Positions 29,401-38,267 of a stretch of DNA of 42,015 bases are shown in pieces. How positions within the stretch are numbered: the stretch's first letter is position 1; each line of letters opens with the position of its first letter. The stretch is from Acidimicrobiia bacterium. GTDB lineage: Bacteria; Actinomycetota; Acidimicrobiia; Spongiisociales; UBA5794. Below the pieces are notes generated by a model. It searched no databases. It was not told where the DNA came from and saw only the letters and a program-made list of their open reading frames with translations. The translations under genes were made by a program, and so were the position numbers. Where the stretch lies: assembly GCA_032127155.1 (NCBI GenBank), contig JAQAZV010000132.1:1-42015 (forward strand). Reading direction: 5' to 3'.

Positions 29401-29967
29401 CTGGACCTCGATGAAGAAGTTGTCCTTCCCGAAGATGTCCTGGTACATGCCCGCAGCGGCAACCGCACCGTCGAAGTCTCGCTCCTGGCGCACCTGGTCG
29501 TCGTCGGCAGCCTCGTCCACTCCGAGGAGCTGCGGGACGTGACCTCCGAGGCAACCGGTCGTTGCGATGAGACCCTCCGAGTACTCCGCGAGCAATGCCG
29601 CATCCATGCGAGGCTTGTAGTAGTACCCCTCCGTGTATGCGCGGGACGCGAGCTGCATCAGGTTTCGGTATCCCGTGTCGTTCTCAGCGAGAATCGTCAT
29701 GTGGTACCGGATGTTGTCGCGTCGCGCTGGCCGGTCGAAGCGACTACCCGGTGTGAGATATGCCTCGATTCCGATGATCGGCTTGACGCCCTCGGCTTTC
29801 GCCGCCTTCGAGAAATCGACGACGCCGTAGAGCACGCCATGGTCGGTGATGGCGACGGCCGGTTGCCCATCGGCCCTGACGGCCTTCACCAGGTCGGCGA
29901 CGCGGGCAGCACCATCGAGCATCGAAAACTCGGTGTGGACGTGCAGATGAGCGAAGCTGTCGGACAA
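26464..29967 (-). CDS. dnaE: DNA polymerase III alpha subunit
   Basis: 1167 aa. PHP domain HLHVHTEFSMLDGA. FNKSHSAAYA motif. C-terminal OB region. TTG start at the complement of 29965-29967. Confidence 0.97.
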   Translation of the reverse strand: MSDSFAHLHVHTEFSMLDGAARVADLVKAVRADGQPAVAITDHGVLYGVVDFSKAAKAEGVKPIIGIEAYLTPGSRFDRPARRDNIRYHMTILAENDTGYRNLMQLASRAYTEGYYYKPRMDAALLAEYSEGLIATTGCLGGHVPQLLGVDEAADDDQVRQERDFDGAVAAAGMYQDIFGKDNFFIEVQDHGIPAQRRIMADLLEIGRSIGAPLLAANDSHYTRADEADAHDALLCIQTGSVKSEENRFRLQGSEFYVKSASQMRSLFPSDEFPGACDNTLWIAERADVDIEFGRILLPQFPVPDGYNEDSYLRHLVMAGAAERYPDLDADTKDRIDFELSVISDMGFSAYFLIVWDLIAHAARQGIRTGPGRGSAAGSIVAYCLRITDLDPIEYGLIFERFLNPGRKQMPDIDMDFDERYRGDMIKYCADKYGSDHVAQIITFSTIKGKQAIRDAARVLDFSYSTGDQLAKAMPPAILGNDATIDECLTPPGPEATSAERDHYAAASGLRDLLDSLDGAREIIDTARGLEGLRRQDSIHAAAVVISPEPLTNIVPIQRKGEDAEVVTQYEMHGVEALGLLKMDFLGLRNLTTIERALELIEKNTGNRPDIDNVPLDDEAVYEMLRRGDSIGVFQFEGGPMRALMRNLGPDRFEHLITLNALYRPGPLGAGMHLEYADRKNGKTAVEYPHPDLEPVLADTYGIIAYQEQVMQTAQRIAGFSMVEADELRKAMGKKIPAVMREQEQRFVAGCVSRGYTEQLGKDLFGFIEHFAGYGFNKSHSAAYALIAYQTAWLKAHHPAEYMAALLTAVKRDKDKTAAYLHECRMMGIAVLVPGVNVSERDFLAGDKEIIFGLSAVRNVGEAVTDLIVAEREANGMYTDFFDFIDRVDIQVLNKRTIESMIKAGAFDSLGYSRRGLLEVAYAVVDATVDRRRAEEAGQYSLFGGDTHTATSGGQDIPDHEWDKKVRLAFEKEMLGLYVSDHPLLGIERALATMTDTPIPGLWDKEDRSQATIAGVIGSVNRRYTRKGDPMVYFALEDLQGSVETVAFPKTVAEFGPMIREDAVVVVRGRVDHRGDDVKFIAQSVSEPDLSADRSVRLRVPASRLSPTVVAKLKDVLNNHPGTAPVYIHMQGAAGEKVLRVGQEHRVDPRSALFAELQELFGPSSVF

Positions 29968-30168
29968 TCGAACCCCGATGTCGAATCACACGCATGTAAG
30001 CATGTGGTGGCCGCTTGCGCACCCTGGCGCCAGCGGGTGCCTTTCACCCAGTTCAACACACGATCGTGCGACCCTGTGCGGCCCTAATCTTAGGTGCCGC
30101 GTGCCCGACCGACTCGTCTCGACAGGGCGCCACGAACCAGGAGTCGTCACCCAACCCGAGGAGGATCT

Positions 30169-31194
30169 GTGGGAGTCGTCGGAGTTCTCACCGCTGGCGG
30201 TGACTGCCCAGGGCTCAACGCTGTTGTTCGCGGCGTCGTCAGCAGGGCCACCGAACGTGATGCCGAGGTCGTGGGACTGCGTGACGGTTGGGAGGGTTTG
30301 ATGCGTGACCGCACCATCAAACTCGATCGCGACGCCGTCCGAGGGATCCTCGGCAGGGGCGGAACGATGCTCGGCACCTCACGATTGGATCCGTACGTGC
30401 ACGGCGACGGACTCGCCAGTTGCCAGGACACGATCGCACGCAACGGTATCGACCGGCTCATCGTGGTCGGTGGTGACGGAACGCTCCGATCAGCCATGGC
30501 GCTCGCCAACGAGGGGCTGAACGTCATAGGAGTTCCGAAGACGATCGACAACGACATCGCCGGCACCGATACCACCTTCGGATTCGCAACGGCTGTACAG
30601 ATCGCGACCGACGCGATTGACCGGCTCGCCACGACGGCAGAGGCCCACAACCGCGTCATTGTCGTAGAGGTGATGGGACGGACCAAGGGCTGGATCGCCA
30701 CCTACGCAGGTATCGCAGGTGGAGCCGACTACATCCTGATTCCGGAGGTCTCCTACGACATCGAAGAGGTTGCCGATGTTCTCCGGCGCCGGCACCGCGG
30801 TGGCCATCGGTATTCGATCGTGGTCGTTGCCGAGGGCCTGGAGGCTCCAGCCGGCTACCAGCCGCTCGACCTGAAGAGGGACGCGTTCGGTTTCGAACGT
30901 CTTGGTGGCGTCGGGTACCAGGTCGCAGACGCCATCGAGCAGCTGACCACGTTCGAAACACGCGTTTCCGTGCTCGGACACATTCAACGAGGCGGTACTC
31001 CCTGCGCCTCCGATCGCGTCCTGGCGACGCGCCTCGGAGTTGCGGCAGCCGACATGGCGATCGACGGCCTCACGAACGTGATGGCCGGTGTGCAGGGGAC
31101 GGAAATCGTTCCGGTGCCGCTCGAGGTTGCGACAAGCGGGATTCGGGGCGTTCCTGACGATCTCTATGCAACCGCCAGGACCTTCTTCGGCTGA
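30169..31194 (+). CDS. pfkA: 6-phosphofructokinase
   Basis: GGDCPGLNAV, GGDGTL, PKTIDNDI and GHIQRGG motifs. Start re-called at GTG 30169, preceded by GAGGAGGA. 341 aa. Confidence 0.92.
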   Translation: MGVVGVLTAGGDCPGLNAVVRGVVSRATERDAEVVGLRDGWEGLMRDRTIKLDRDAVRGILGRGGTMLGTSRLDPYVHGDGLASCQDTIARNGIDRLIVVGGDGTLRSAMALANEGLNVIGVPKTIDNDIAGTDTTFGFATAVQIATDAIDRLATTAEAHNRVIVVEVMGRTKGWIATYAGIAGGADYILIPEVSYDIEEVADVLRRRHRGGHRYSIVVVAEGLEAPAGYQPLDLKRDAFGFERLGGVGYQVADAIEQLTTFETRVSVLGHIQRGGTPCASDRVLATRLGVAAADMAIDGLTNVMAGVQGTEIVPVPLEVATSGIRGVPDDLYATARTFFG

Positions 31195-31197
31195 GGT

Positions 31198-32676
31198 CTA
31201 CCGCGTGCCCATCGGTGGCATCTTCTTCTTCGCCTTCGCTGGGGAAGATTCGGCTGTGCCGGCGGCTGGCGCCGCGAGGAGTTCCTCATACGCCTCCATG
31301 AGCGATGGAGCGAGGCGCCCCGGGTACTCGATGACCCTGCGGTCCATGTTGATTCCGACGTCGACACTCCCATTCACCGAGAACATCGCGATACCCGCAC
31401 CGTGGCTCTGCCACAACGGCACCAGGGGGTATGTCGCGAGCATGGTGCTGCCAGCAAGGTAGAGGGGGAATTGGGGACCAGGCACATTGGTCACCGTCAT
31501 GTTGAACGGGCGGGCACGACCAGCCATGCGCGTAGCCAGCGCGACGAGGGTCGCAGGGGCGCCCGTCGAAACCTGGACGAGCGTCGACGCTCCAAGCGCC
31601 TGATCTGTCTCCTTCAGGTTCTTGGTCGCTTCCTTCACAGCAGCGATCCGTGCCGCCGGATCCGGTTCACCAATGGGCAGCGACATCAGCCACATGGCAA
31701 CCTTGTTGCCGAGTGTTCCTCGCTCCCCTTCCGAGCGCACCGACACGGGTGCCATGATCCTGAATTCGGTCGACGCAAGGTCATCAGGGGTCAGCTCACC
31801 CTCGCTGAGGAGGTAGCGACGTACCGCACCGGCGACGATGGCGAGCATGGCGTCGTTGACTGTGGCCTGATGCGTGTTCTTGATCGCCTTGACCCCATCG
31901 AGCGGCAACTCGATCCAGTCGAAGAGCCGGGACGGACCAATCGGTCCGTTCAGCGGTGTCTTGCCGGTCTGGGTCAACCATCCCGAGGACAACGAGGCAC
32001 CGACTGCCTTGATCCTCCTCGTCACGTTCTCTGCGATCTCGGTGAAGTCGTGGGCAACATCGGAGAGATCGCCGAGGCCAGCGATCACAGAGGAAATCGT
32101 CCTCGAGACCTCTTTGACCGCGAGTTCTGTCCCGTTGGGTGCAGGGCGGGGTGTCCACTCGACAGCGGGGTCGATGGCGACGTCCGGTGTGAAATCCAGG
32201 ATCACGGCCATGAGATCGATCCCGGAGATGCCGTCGATCATGCAGTGGTGGATCTTCGTGACGATGGCAAAACCGCCGTCCTCGAGGCCTTCCACGACGA
32301 ACAGCTCCCAGAGCGGCCTCGTTCGATCGAGCTGCTGGGACATCAACCGCCCGACGAGTGCCTTCAGCTGGGCTGTTGTACCGGGATGGGGAAGAGATAT
32401 GTGACGCACGTGGTAGTCGAGGTTGAAGTGCTCGTCATCGACCCACACGGGATGACCTTCGATCGGAACCGTCGCGATCCGCTGCCGATACCTCGGAATC
32501 GACTCCAGCCGGCTCTCGATGATTGCCTTGATGACGTCGATGTCGACGCTTCGATCGCTGGTGTGGGGCCCCGGCCCGAAGACCGCGACCGCCCCTACGT
32601 GCATGTGGGTCGATCGGGACTCGAGCGCCAGGAAGGAGGCATCGAGGTTCGAGAGCCGTTCATAGTGGACCGTCAT
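31198..32676 (-). CDS. Wax ester synthase/diacylglycerol acyltransferase (WS/DGAT)
   Basis: 492 aa. Catalytic HHCMIDGISG (HHxxxDG) motif. ATGA overlap with the upstream rluD-like stop. Confidence 0.88.
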   Translation of the reverse strand: MTVHYERLSNLDASFLALESRSTHMHVGAVAVFGPGPHTSDRSVDIDVIKAIIESRLESIPRYRQRIATVPIEGHPVWVDDEHFNLDYHVRHISLPHPGTTAQLKALVGRLMSQQLDRTRPLWELFVVEGLEDGGFAIVTKIHHCMIDGISGIDLMAVILDFTPDVAIDPAVEWTPRPAPNGTELAVKEVSRTISSVIAGLGDLSDVAHDFTEIAENVTRRIKAVGASLSSGWLTQTGKTPLNGPIGPSRLFDWIELPLDGVKAIKNTHQATVNDAMLAIVAGAVRRYLLSEGELTPDDLASTEFRIMAPVSVRSEGERGTLGNKVAMWLMSLPIGEPDPAARIAAVKEATKNLKETDQALGASTLVQVSTGAPATLVALATRMAGRARPFNMTVTNVPGPQFPLYLAGSTMLATYPLVPLWQSHGAGIAMFSVNGSVDVGINMDRRVIEYPGRLAPSLMEAYEELLAAPAAGTAESSPAKAKKKMPPMGTR

Positions 32677-33626
32677 AATGGTGCTCCGTCGACGTCGTGG
32701 GCGTCACCGACCGTCGGTGCCCCGAGCGACACCAGACTATCGCTGAGATCCTGCGGGAGATTCGATCGCACATCCACGAGGTTGCCGGTCGTGGGATGGA
32801 CGAACGAGAGCTCCCTGGCATGGAGCCACGGGCGACCCGGACTGTCGACGGTCGGCGAACGACCGTAGGCGAGATCGCCGACGATCGGCCGCTCGATGGC
32901 TTGCATGTGCACACGGATCTGATGTGTCCGCCCGGTGTCCAACGTCACCGACAGCAGTGTCCGATCAGGACGGGACCACGCTGACAGCCGGCGATAGTGC
33001 GTTCTCGCAGGCTTCCCCGAACGGTCGAGGCGCATGCGCGTCGGGTGGTTCGGATCGCGGCCGATCGGCGCTTCGACCGTTCCCGTTGTGTTGTCGAACG
33101 ACCCGATCACCATGGCGAGGTATCGCCGCGTCACCTCGCGACGCTTCATCATGTCGACGAGCGCGCGGTACGAATCGTCGGTGCGAGCAACCACGAGGAG
33201 TCCCGAGGTGTCCCTGTCGAGCCGATGGACGATCCCCCACCGACCCTCCTGGCCGACGCCACGGATGTCCGGATATCGGGCGAGTAGTCCGTGGACCAGG
33301 GTCCCCTTCGACCGATCAGATGTCGGGTGGACGACCACGTCGACCGGTTTGTCCACGATCAGGAGATCGGAGTCCTCGTGGACGACAGCGAAGGCCACAT
33401 CGGGGTCGGCGATGAGGGTCGATTCGACCTGCGGGATCGTGACGACGACGAGCGATCCCCCGGCAAGACGATCCGAGGCTCGAAGGCTTCTCTCCCCGGA
33501 CACCACTCCTCCTGCGTCGAGGATCTCGCGCGACAGCGCCCTGGAGATTCCGAGCATGGTGGAGAGAACCTTGTCGACACGCTCACCGGAGAGGTCGGCA
33601 GACACCGCGAGGGTTCGCGTCGTCAT
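32673..33626 (-). CDS. rluD: RluA-family pseudouridine synthase (RluD-like)
   Basis: 317 aa. N-terminal S4-like domain. Catalytic HRLDRDTSGLLVVA. ATGA overlap with the lspA stop. Confidence 0.92.
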   Translation of the reverse strand: MTTRTLAVSADLSGERVDKVLSTMLGISRALSREILDAGGVVSGERSLRASDRLAGGSLVVVTIPQVESTLIADPDVAFAVVHEDSDLLIVDKPVDVVVHPTSDRSKGTLVHGLLARYPDIRGVGQEGRWGIVHRLDRDTSGLLVVARTDDSYRALVDMMKRREVTRRYLAMVIGSFDNTTGTVEAPIGRDPNHPTRMRLDRSGKPARTHYRRLSAWSRPDRTLLSVTLDTGRTHQIRVHMQAIERPIVGDLAYGRSPTVDSPGRPWLHARELSFVHPTTGNLVDVRSNLPQDLSDSLVSLGAPTVGDAHDVDGAPL

Positions 33627-34165
33627 GATCGACGGACGAAGACAGCGATCAACAGGAGGACGACACCGATGTTGATGGCAGCGTCGGCAACGTTGAAGGT
33701 GGCGAAGAACGAGAAGTCGATGAAGTCCACGACTCCGCCGTCGAGGAGCCCTGGACCCCTGAACAACCGATCGAGGAGGTTCCCGACGGCCCCACCCAGG
33801 ATCATCCCGAGGGCGACGGCTTCGAGCCTTCTCGTGGCGTCACCGAGAACGTAGACGATGAGTCCGATCACACCGAAGGCGACAATCGCGAGCAGGGGAC
33901 CCGCGTTGGTGAGGATCGAGAAGGAGGCACCGGTGTTGAACGTCAGTCGAAACTGGAAGAAGTCATCGATCACCACGATGGGACCGTCGGCGAGGGCGTT
34001 GACAGCCCACCATTTGACCAGCTGGTCGAGGGCAACGACGATCGCCGCCACGATGATGGCAACGACCCGGTTGTTCAGATGCGGCTTGCTGCTTCCACCG
34101 TCGTCGTCGCGTATGGCAGAGCCTCCAGCCGAGCCAGTGGAATCGGTTCGCCGGTCACTTCGCAT
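33623..34165 (-). CDS. lspA: Lipoprotein signal peptidase II
   Basis: 180 aa. DQLVKWW and FNVADAAINIG motifs. The only plausible start is the ATG complement of 34163-34165. That places 91 nt inside the 3' end of the upstream DksA-like gene. Confidence 0.88.
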   Translation of the reverse strand: MRSDRRTDSTGSAGGSAIRDDDGGSSKPHLNNRVVAIIVAAIVVALDQLVKWWAVNALADGPIVVIDDFFQFRLTFNTGASFSILTNAGPLLAIVAFGVIGLIVYVLGDATRRLEAVALGMILGGAVGNLLDRLFRGPGLLDGGVVDFIDFSFFATFNVADAAINIGVVLLLIAVFVRRS

Positions 34166-34446
34166 ATCCCGTACTGACCCTTCTCCATGCGATCCTGGGC
34201 GCGCTTGACGCGCTCGAGGAGACCGCGGGCATTGTCGACCATGGCGATGTCCATCTCCATCTCGACCTCGATCGCGCCACCATCGACATTGTCGGGATCC
34301 GCACTCCGGTCTGCAGAAGCCTCAGCCAGCCGGCTCTGCTCGCGCTCACGCTCGTGCTGGGAAATGATCGTCTCGAGACGTGACCGTTCCTCCTCGAGCT
34401 TCTTCCCGAGGCGTTCGAGTGTTGATGGTGCAAGCTCCCGTGCCAT
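34075..34446 (-). CDS. DksA/TraR-family protein with degenerate zinc finger
   Basis: Start re-called at the ATG complement of 34444-34446, preceded by AGGAGG. Coiled-coil N-part. C-terminal YGICEVTGEPIPLARLEALPYATTTVEA aligns with the CxxC-x17-CxxC region of DksA/TraR but keeps only one Cys. 123 aa. Confidence 0.65.
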   Translation of the reverse strand: MARELAPSTLERLGKKLEEERSRLETIISQHEREREQSRLAEASADRSADPDNVDGGAIEVEMEMDIAMVDNARGLLERVKRAQDRMEKGQYGICEVTGEPIPLARLEALPYATTTVEAASRI

Positions 34447-34492
34447 CCGACCTCCTGGCTGGACGGCGAATCTAGCACGGTTTCGGACCCTT

Positions 34493-34804
34493 TCACCGTT
34501 CGGCGACCATCCTGTGAACCGTCTCGACATCGGCACCGATCAGCTCGACCGTCTTGAATCGAGTGGTCCGACCCGATGCGATCTCGACCTTCCTGACACC
34601 GAACACGGACCGCATCAGCGCGACGACGGCAGCATTGGCCTTCAGCTTCTCGGGAGGGCTGGCGACGCGGATCTTCACACGGGATCCATGGAGCCCGACC
34701 AGCTCCGAGCGACTGGCGTTCGGGACGACGAGGACATCCATGAATACGCCGTGCTCGGATCGGCGAATCGGCGGTGGCATCGTCCGACCATAACCGCCGA
34801 GCAC
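34493..34804 (-). CDS. DUF167 (YggU-like) protein
   Basis: VLVVPNASRSELVGLHGSRVKIRVASPPEKLKANAAV resembles YggU/UPF0235. The start is ambiguous: GTG at 34804, ATG at 34780 or ATG at 34741. Confidence 0.75.
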   Translation of the reverse strand: MLGGYGRTMPPPIRRSEHGVFMDVLVVPNASRSELVGLHGSRVKIRVASPPEKLKANAAVVALMRSVFGVRKVEIASGRTTRFKTVELIGADVETVHRMVAER

Positions 34805-34829
34805 GGTCCGTCGGCCACTAGTCTCTCAG

Positions 34830-35075
34830 TGCGCGATGACGAGGACGTGCCCTCCCCCTTCACGGGTGGACAGCGAGTCGGCGACGGTGAGAGGCCGACA
34901 TCCGAGTGGAAGGGACATCACCTCCGAGCTGCGGGAAGAACCCTCAGGGGCGAGAACCCGCCGTTCAGCCCACGACACGGGTCAATGGAGCGGTCAGCCA
35001 ACGAGCTGGCAAGCCGGGTGGTACCGCGGGTCCCCCGTCCCGGCACCGACAGGTGACCAAGACGAGGACTGGACC
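34830..35075 (+). promoter_or_regulatory. T-box riboswitch leader of ileS (translational, SD-sequestering type)
   Basis: Canonical T-box core GGGUGGUACCGCGG at 35016-35029. Antiterminator-like fold: helix GCCGGG (35013-18) / CCCGGC (35039-44), 7-nt bulge UGGUACC (35019-25), upper helix GCGGG/CCCGU. GUCCCCCGUC (35030-39) can alternatively pair with GACGAGGAC (35061-69), which contains the SD GAGGA 7 nt before GTG 35076. There is a GAUGA K-turn-like element at 34835-39. Candidate AUC specifiers lie at 34900-02 and 34917-19. The 5' boundary is approximate. Confidence 0.8.
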
Positions 35076-38000
35076 GTGACAACCGAGACCACCTTTCCAA
35101 GGGTCGGCGCAAGCGTCGACTTCCCTGCGCTCGACGCGCGCATCCTCACGTTCTGGGACTCGATCGACGCCTTCGCGACGTCCGTCGACATGCGCGACGC
35201 TGATACGGAGTACACCTTCTACGACGGACCGCCATTCGCTACGGGTTCGCCACACTACGGGCACATCCTCCAAGGGGTGGTGAAGGACATCGTCCCGCGG
35301 TACTGGACGATGCGAGGTCACCGCGTCGAGCGACGTTTCGGATGGGACACCCACGGACTTCCGGTCGAGATGGAGGTCGAGAAGCAACTCGGCGTCTCCG
35401 GACCGAGGGAGATCCAGGAGCTCGGCGTTGACGTGTTCAACGAGGCCTGTCGGGCCATGGTCAACACGACGACCGAGGACTGGTACGACGTCACCAGGCG
35501 TATTGGCCGATGGGTCGACTTCGACGACGACTACAAGACCATGGATGTCGACTTCATGGAGAGTGTCTGGTGGGTCTTCGGTCAGCTATGGGAGCGCGGC
35601 CTGGTCTACCGCGACTTCAAGGTACTCCCCTACTCCTATGGCGCCACCACGCCGCTGTCGAACTTCGAAGCAAACCTGGACTATCGCGACGTCGACGATC
35701 CGGCGATCACCGTGGCCGTCGACGTCGTCTCGGATCACGGCCCGATCCTCGAGGGTGATCGCCTTCTCTTCTGGACGACGACACCGTGGACCGTGCCCTC
35801 CAACCTCGCCATGGCCGTCGCTCCGGACGTCATGTACGGCCGCGTCGAGCACGACGGACGTCTGTACTGGGTGGCCGAGGCCCTCGTGGGCGACGTCTTC
35901 GGCCCCGATGCTCGGATGATCGCACAGGCACGGGGACGGGACCTCGTCGGAGCCAGGTATCAACCTCCCTTCCCCTACTTCGCAGACAAGTCGGCCGAAG
36001 GAGCGTTCGTGGTCGTGCCATCGAACGATGTGACGATCGACGAAGGCACAGGACTCGTGCACATGGCACCTGCATTCGGCGAGGCGGACTTCCTTGCCCT
36101 CCAGCAGGCCGGGCTCGACGTCATCGTCGATCCCGTCGATGCAGAGGCAAAGTTCACCGACGAGGTACCTGACGTCGCCGGGGTCATGGTCAAGGACGCA
36201 GACGCGATCCTCATCGACCTTCTGAAGGCATCAGGCGCACTCTTCGCGAGGGCGACCATCAACCACTCGTACCCCTTCTGTTGGCGCACCGGGACGCCGC
36301 TCATCTACAAGGCGATCCCGACCTGGTTCGTCGCCGTGGAACGATTCCGTGACCGGATGGTCGAGATCAACGACGGTATTCGATGGGTTCCCGAGGCGAT
36401 TGGCGCCAACCGCTTCGGGAACTGGCTCGAGGGTGCTCGTGATTGGGCCATCAGCAGGAACCGCTACTGGGGGTCAGCCATCCCCGTATGGGAATGCGAC
36501 ACGTGTGACCACATGGTGGCGGTGTCGAGCATCGATGAGCTCGAGGCATTCTCAGGGGTCAGGCTCGACGACCTCCACAAGCAGTTCGTGGACGAGGTGT
36601 CGTGGCCATGCCCTGAGGGATGTGGCGGCACGATGCACCGGGTACCCGAGGTCCTCGATTGTTGGTTCGAGAGCGGATCCATGCCCTTTGCCCAGATCCA
36701 CTACCCCTTCGAGAACAACGAGCGGTTCGAACACCGCTATCCAGCTGACTTCATCGCAGAAGGGCTCGACCAGACCAGGGGCTGGTTCTACACGCTCCTG
36801 GTGCTCGCAACGGCCATCCGGGACGAGGCCCCATTCCAGAACTGTGTTGTCACGGGGATGATCCTCGCCGAGGACGGCAGGAAGATGTCGAAGTCCCTGA
36901 AGAACTATCCGGACCCGTCACACGTCATCGACGCGTTCGGCGCAGACGCACTCAGGGCATACCTCATCAACTCCCCTGTGGTTCGCGGCGAGCCGCTGAG
37001 ATTCTCCGAGGCAGGGGTCCGCGAGGTCGTCAGAACCGTGCTCCTTCCCCTGTGGAACTCGTACTCGTTCTTCACGACATACGCCGAGGCAGATGGCATC
37101 AGCGCACGTGACCTCGCATCTGCTCCGCCGCTGGCTGACCGACCCGAGATCGACCGGTGGATCGTCTCGGTGCTCCAGAGCCTCATCGCCGATGTGAATC
37201 GTGAGATGGAGGCGTATCGCCTGTTCGCCGTCATTCCTCCGATCATCGGATTCGTCGGCCACCTGACGAACTGGTACATCAGACGCTCCAGGAGACGCTT
37301 CTGGTCCCACCGCGGAGCCGGGGATGACCAGGACAAGTTGGCAGCGTTCGCAACGCTCTACGAGGTCCTCGTGACCTTCACCACAGCGGCCGCGCCCGTG
37401 CTCCCGTTCGTGACCGAGGAGATCTACCAGGGGCTTGTCAGGGTCATTGACCCTGATGCTCCCGAGAGCGTCCACCACACCGACTATCCCGAAGCCGATA
37501 CGGCTGCAATCGATCGTGACCTCGAAGCTGCGATGGATACCGTGAGGACGGTCGTGAACCTCGGCAGGGCGCTCCGCAAGCGCGAAGACGTGAGAACCCG
37601 TCAGCCCCTCCGCAGCGTGACCGTGGTGACGCGGGATCCTGCGCACATGGCGGCGATCGAGAGTCACGCCGACCTCATCTCGGAGGAGCTGAACGTGCAT
37701 GACGTCCTCGTCCACGCGAACGAAGGCGGTTTGGTCGATCTCGAGGCAAGACCGAACTACAAGCAACTCGGTCCTCGGTATGGCAAGGAGATGAAGGCCG
37801 TAGCTTCTGCCATCGAATCGCTCGACCACGACACGATCATCTCGCTCCTCGACGGCTCCGATGTGACGATCGGCGGCTACGCCCTTACGGGGGAGGACGT
37901 CATCGTGTCCCGCATCGCCAGGGAAGGAACCGCTGTGGCCACGGAGGGATCCGTTTCTGTTGCCTTGGATACCTCCCTCGATCCGGACCTCGAGGTCGAG

Positions 38001-38249
38001 GGCATGGCACGCGAGATCGTCAACCGTATCCAGGGAGCCCGGCGGGACGCAGGGTTCGCCGTGACGGATCGCATCGTTGTTCGGTGGACGAGCAATGATC
38101 CCCTTGTCACGGAAGCGTTCTCAACCCATGACACGCTGATCTCCTCCGAGGTTCTTGCGTCTGCGTTGGTGCCCTCGGACACGATCGATGGCGAGGATTC
38201 CGACCTCCTTGGCCACCGGTTCGCCTTCACGGTCGAAACCCAGACCTGA
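35076..38249 (+). CDS. ileS: Isoleucyl-tRNA synthetase
   Basis: HIGH-type motif PHYGHIL and KMSKS. Start re-called at GTG 35076 (VTTETTFPRV...), downstream of the T-box. The track ORF (from 34836) reads through the leader. 1057 aa. Confidence 0.96.
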   Translation: MTTETTFPRVGASVDFPALDARILTFWDSIDAFATSVDMRDADTEYTFYDGPPFATGSPHYGHILQGVVKDIVPRYWTMRGHRVERRFGWDTHGLPVEMEVEKQLGVSGPREIQELGVDVFNEACRAMVNTTTEDWYDVTRRIGRWVDFDDDYKTMDVDFMESVWWVFGQLWERGLVYRDFKVLPYSYGATTPLSNFEANLDYRDVDDPAITVAVDVVSDHGPILEGDRLLFWTTTPWTVPSNLAMAVAPDVMYGRVEHDGRLYWVAEALVGDVFGPDARMIAQARGRDLVGARYQPPFPYFADKSAEGAFVVVPSNDVTIDEGTGLVHMAPAFGEADFLALQQAGLDVIVDPVDAEAKFTDEVPDVAGVMVKDADAILIDLLKASGALFARATINHSYPFCWRTGTPLIYKAIPTWFVAVERFRDRMVEINDGIRWVPEAIGANRFGNWLEGARDWAISRNRYWGSAIPVWECDTCDHMVAVSSIDELEAFSGVRLDDLHKQFVDEVSWPCPEGCGGTMHRVPEVLDCWFESGSMPFAQIHYPFENNERFEHRYPADFIAEGLDQTRGWFYTLLVLATAIRDEAPFQNCVVTGMILAEDGRKMSKSLKNYPDPSHVIDAFGADALRAYLINSPVVRGEPLRFSEAGVREVVRTVLLPLWNSYSFFTTYAEADGISARDLASAPPLADRPEIDRWIVSVLQSLIADVNREMEAYRLFAVIPPIIGFVGHLTNWYIRRSRRRFWSHRGAGDDQDKLAAFATLYEVLVTFTTAAAPVLPFVTEEIYQGLVRVIDPDAPESVHHTDYPEADTAAIDRDLEAAMDTVRTVVNLGRALRKREDVRTRQPLRSVTVVTRDPAHMAAIESHADLISEELNVHDVLVHANEGGLVDLEARPNYKQLGPRYGKEMKAVASAIESLDHDTIISLLDGSDVTIGGYALTGEDVIVSRIAREGTAVATEGSVSVALDTSLDPDLEVEGMAREIVNRIQGARRDAGFAVTDRIVVRWTSNDPLVTEAFSTHDTLISSEVLASALVPSDTIDGEDSDLLGHRFAFTVETQT

Positions 38250-38267
38250 AGGGTCGAAGCGCCCCGA

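Noticed and set aside
29968-29985. TCGAAC-CCCGA-TGTCGA next to the dnaE start, resembling an actinobacterial LexA/SOS box (TCGAAC-N4-GTTCGA).
   Set aside because: The spacing is wrong (5 nt, not 4) and only 4 of 6 positions match in the second half-site. This is a replicative dnaE1-type gene, which is not expected to be SOS-controlled.
34836-35075. N-terminal extensions of the longest ORFs: ileS from 34836, rpsA to 5107, trpA to 11314, trpE to 15365, pfk from 30094, sepF to 39249, and the second ArsA-like gene from 24353.
   Set aside because: The extensions overlap upstream genes or a riboswitch and have non-coding-like composition. Better starts with an RBS or ATGA coupling exist downstream.
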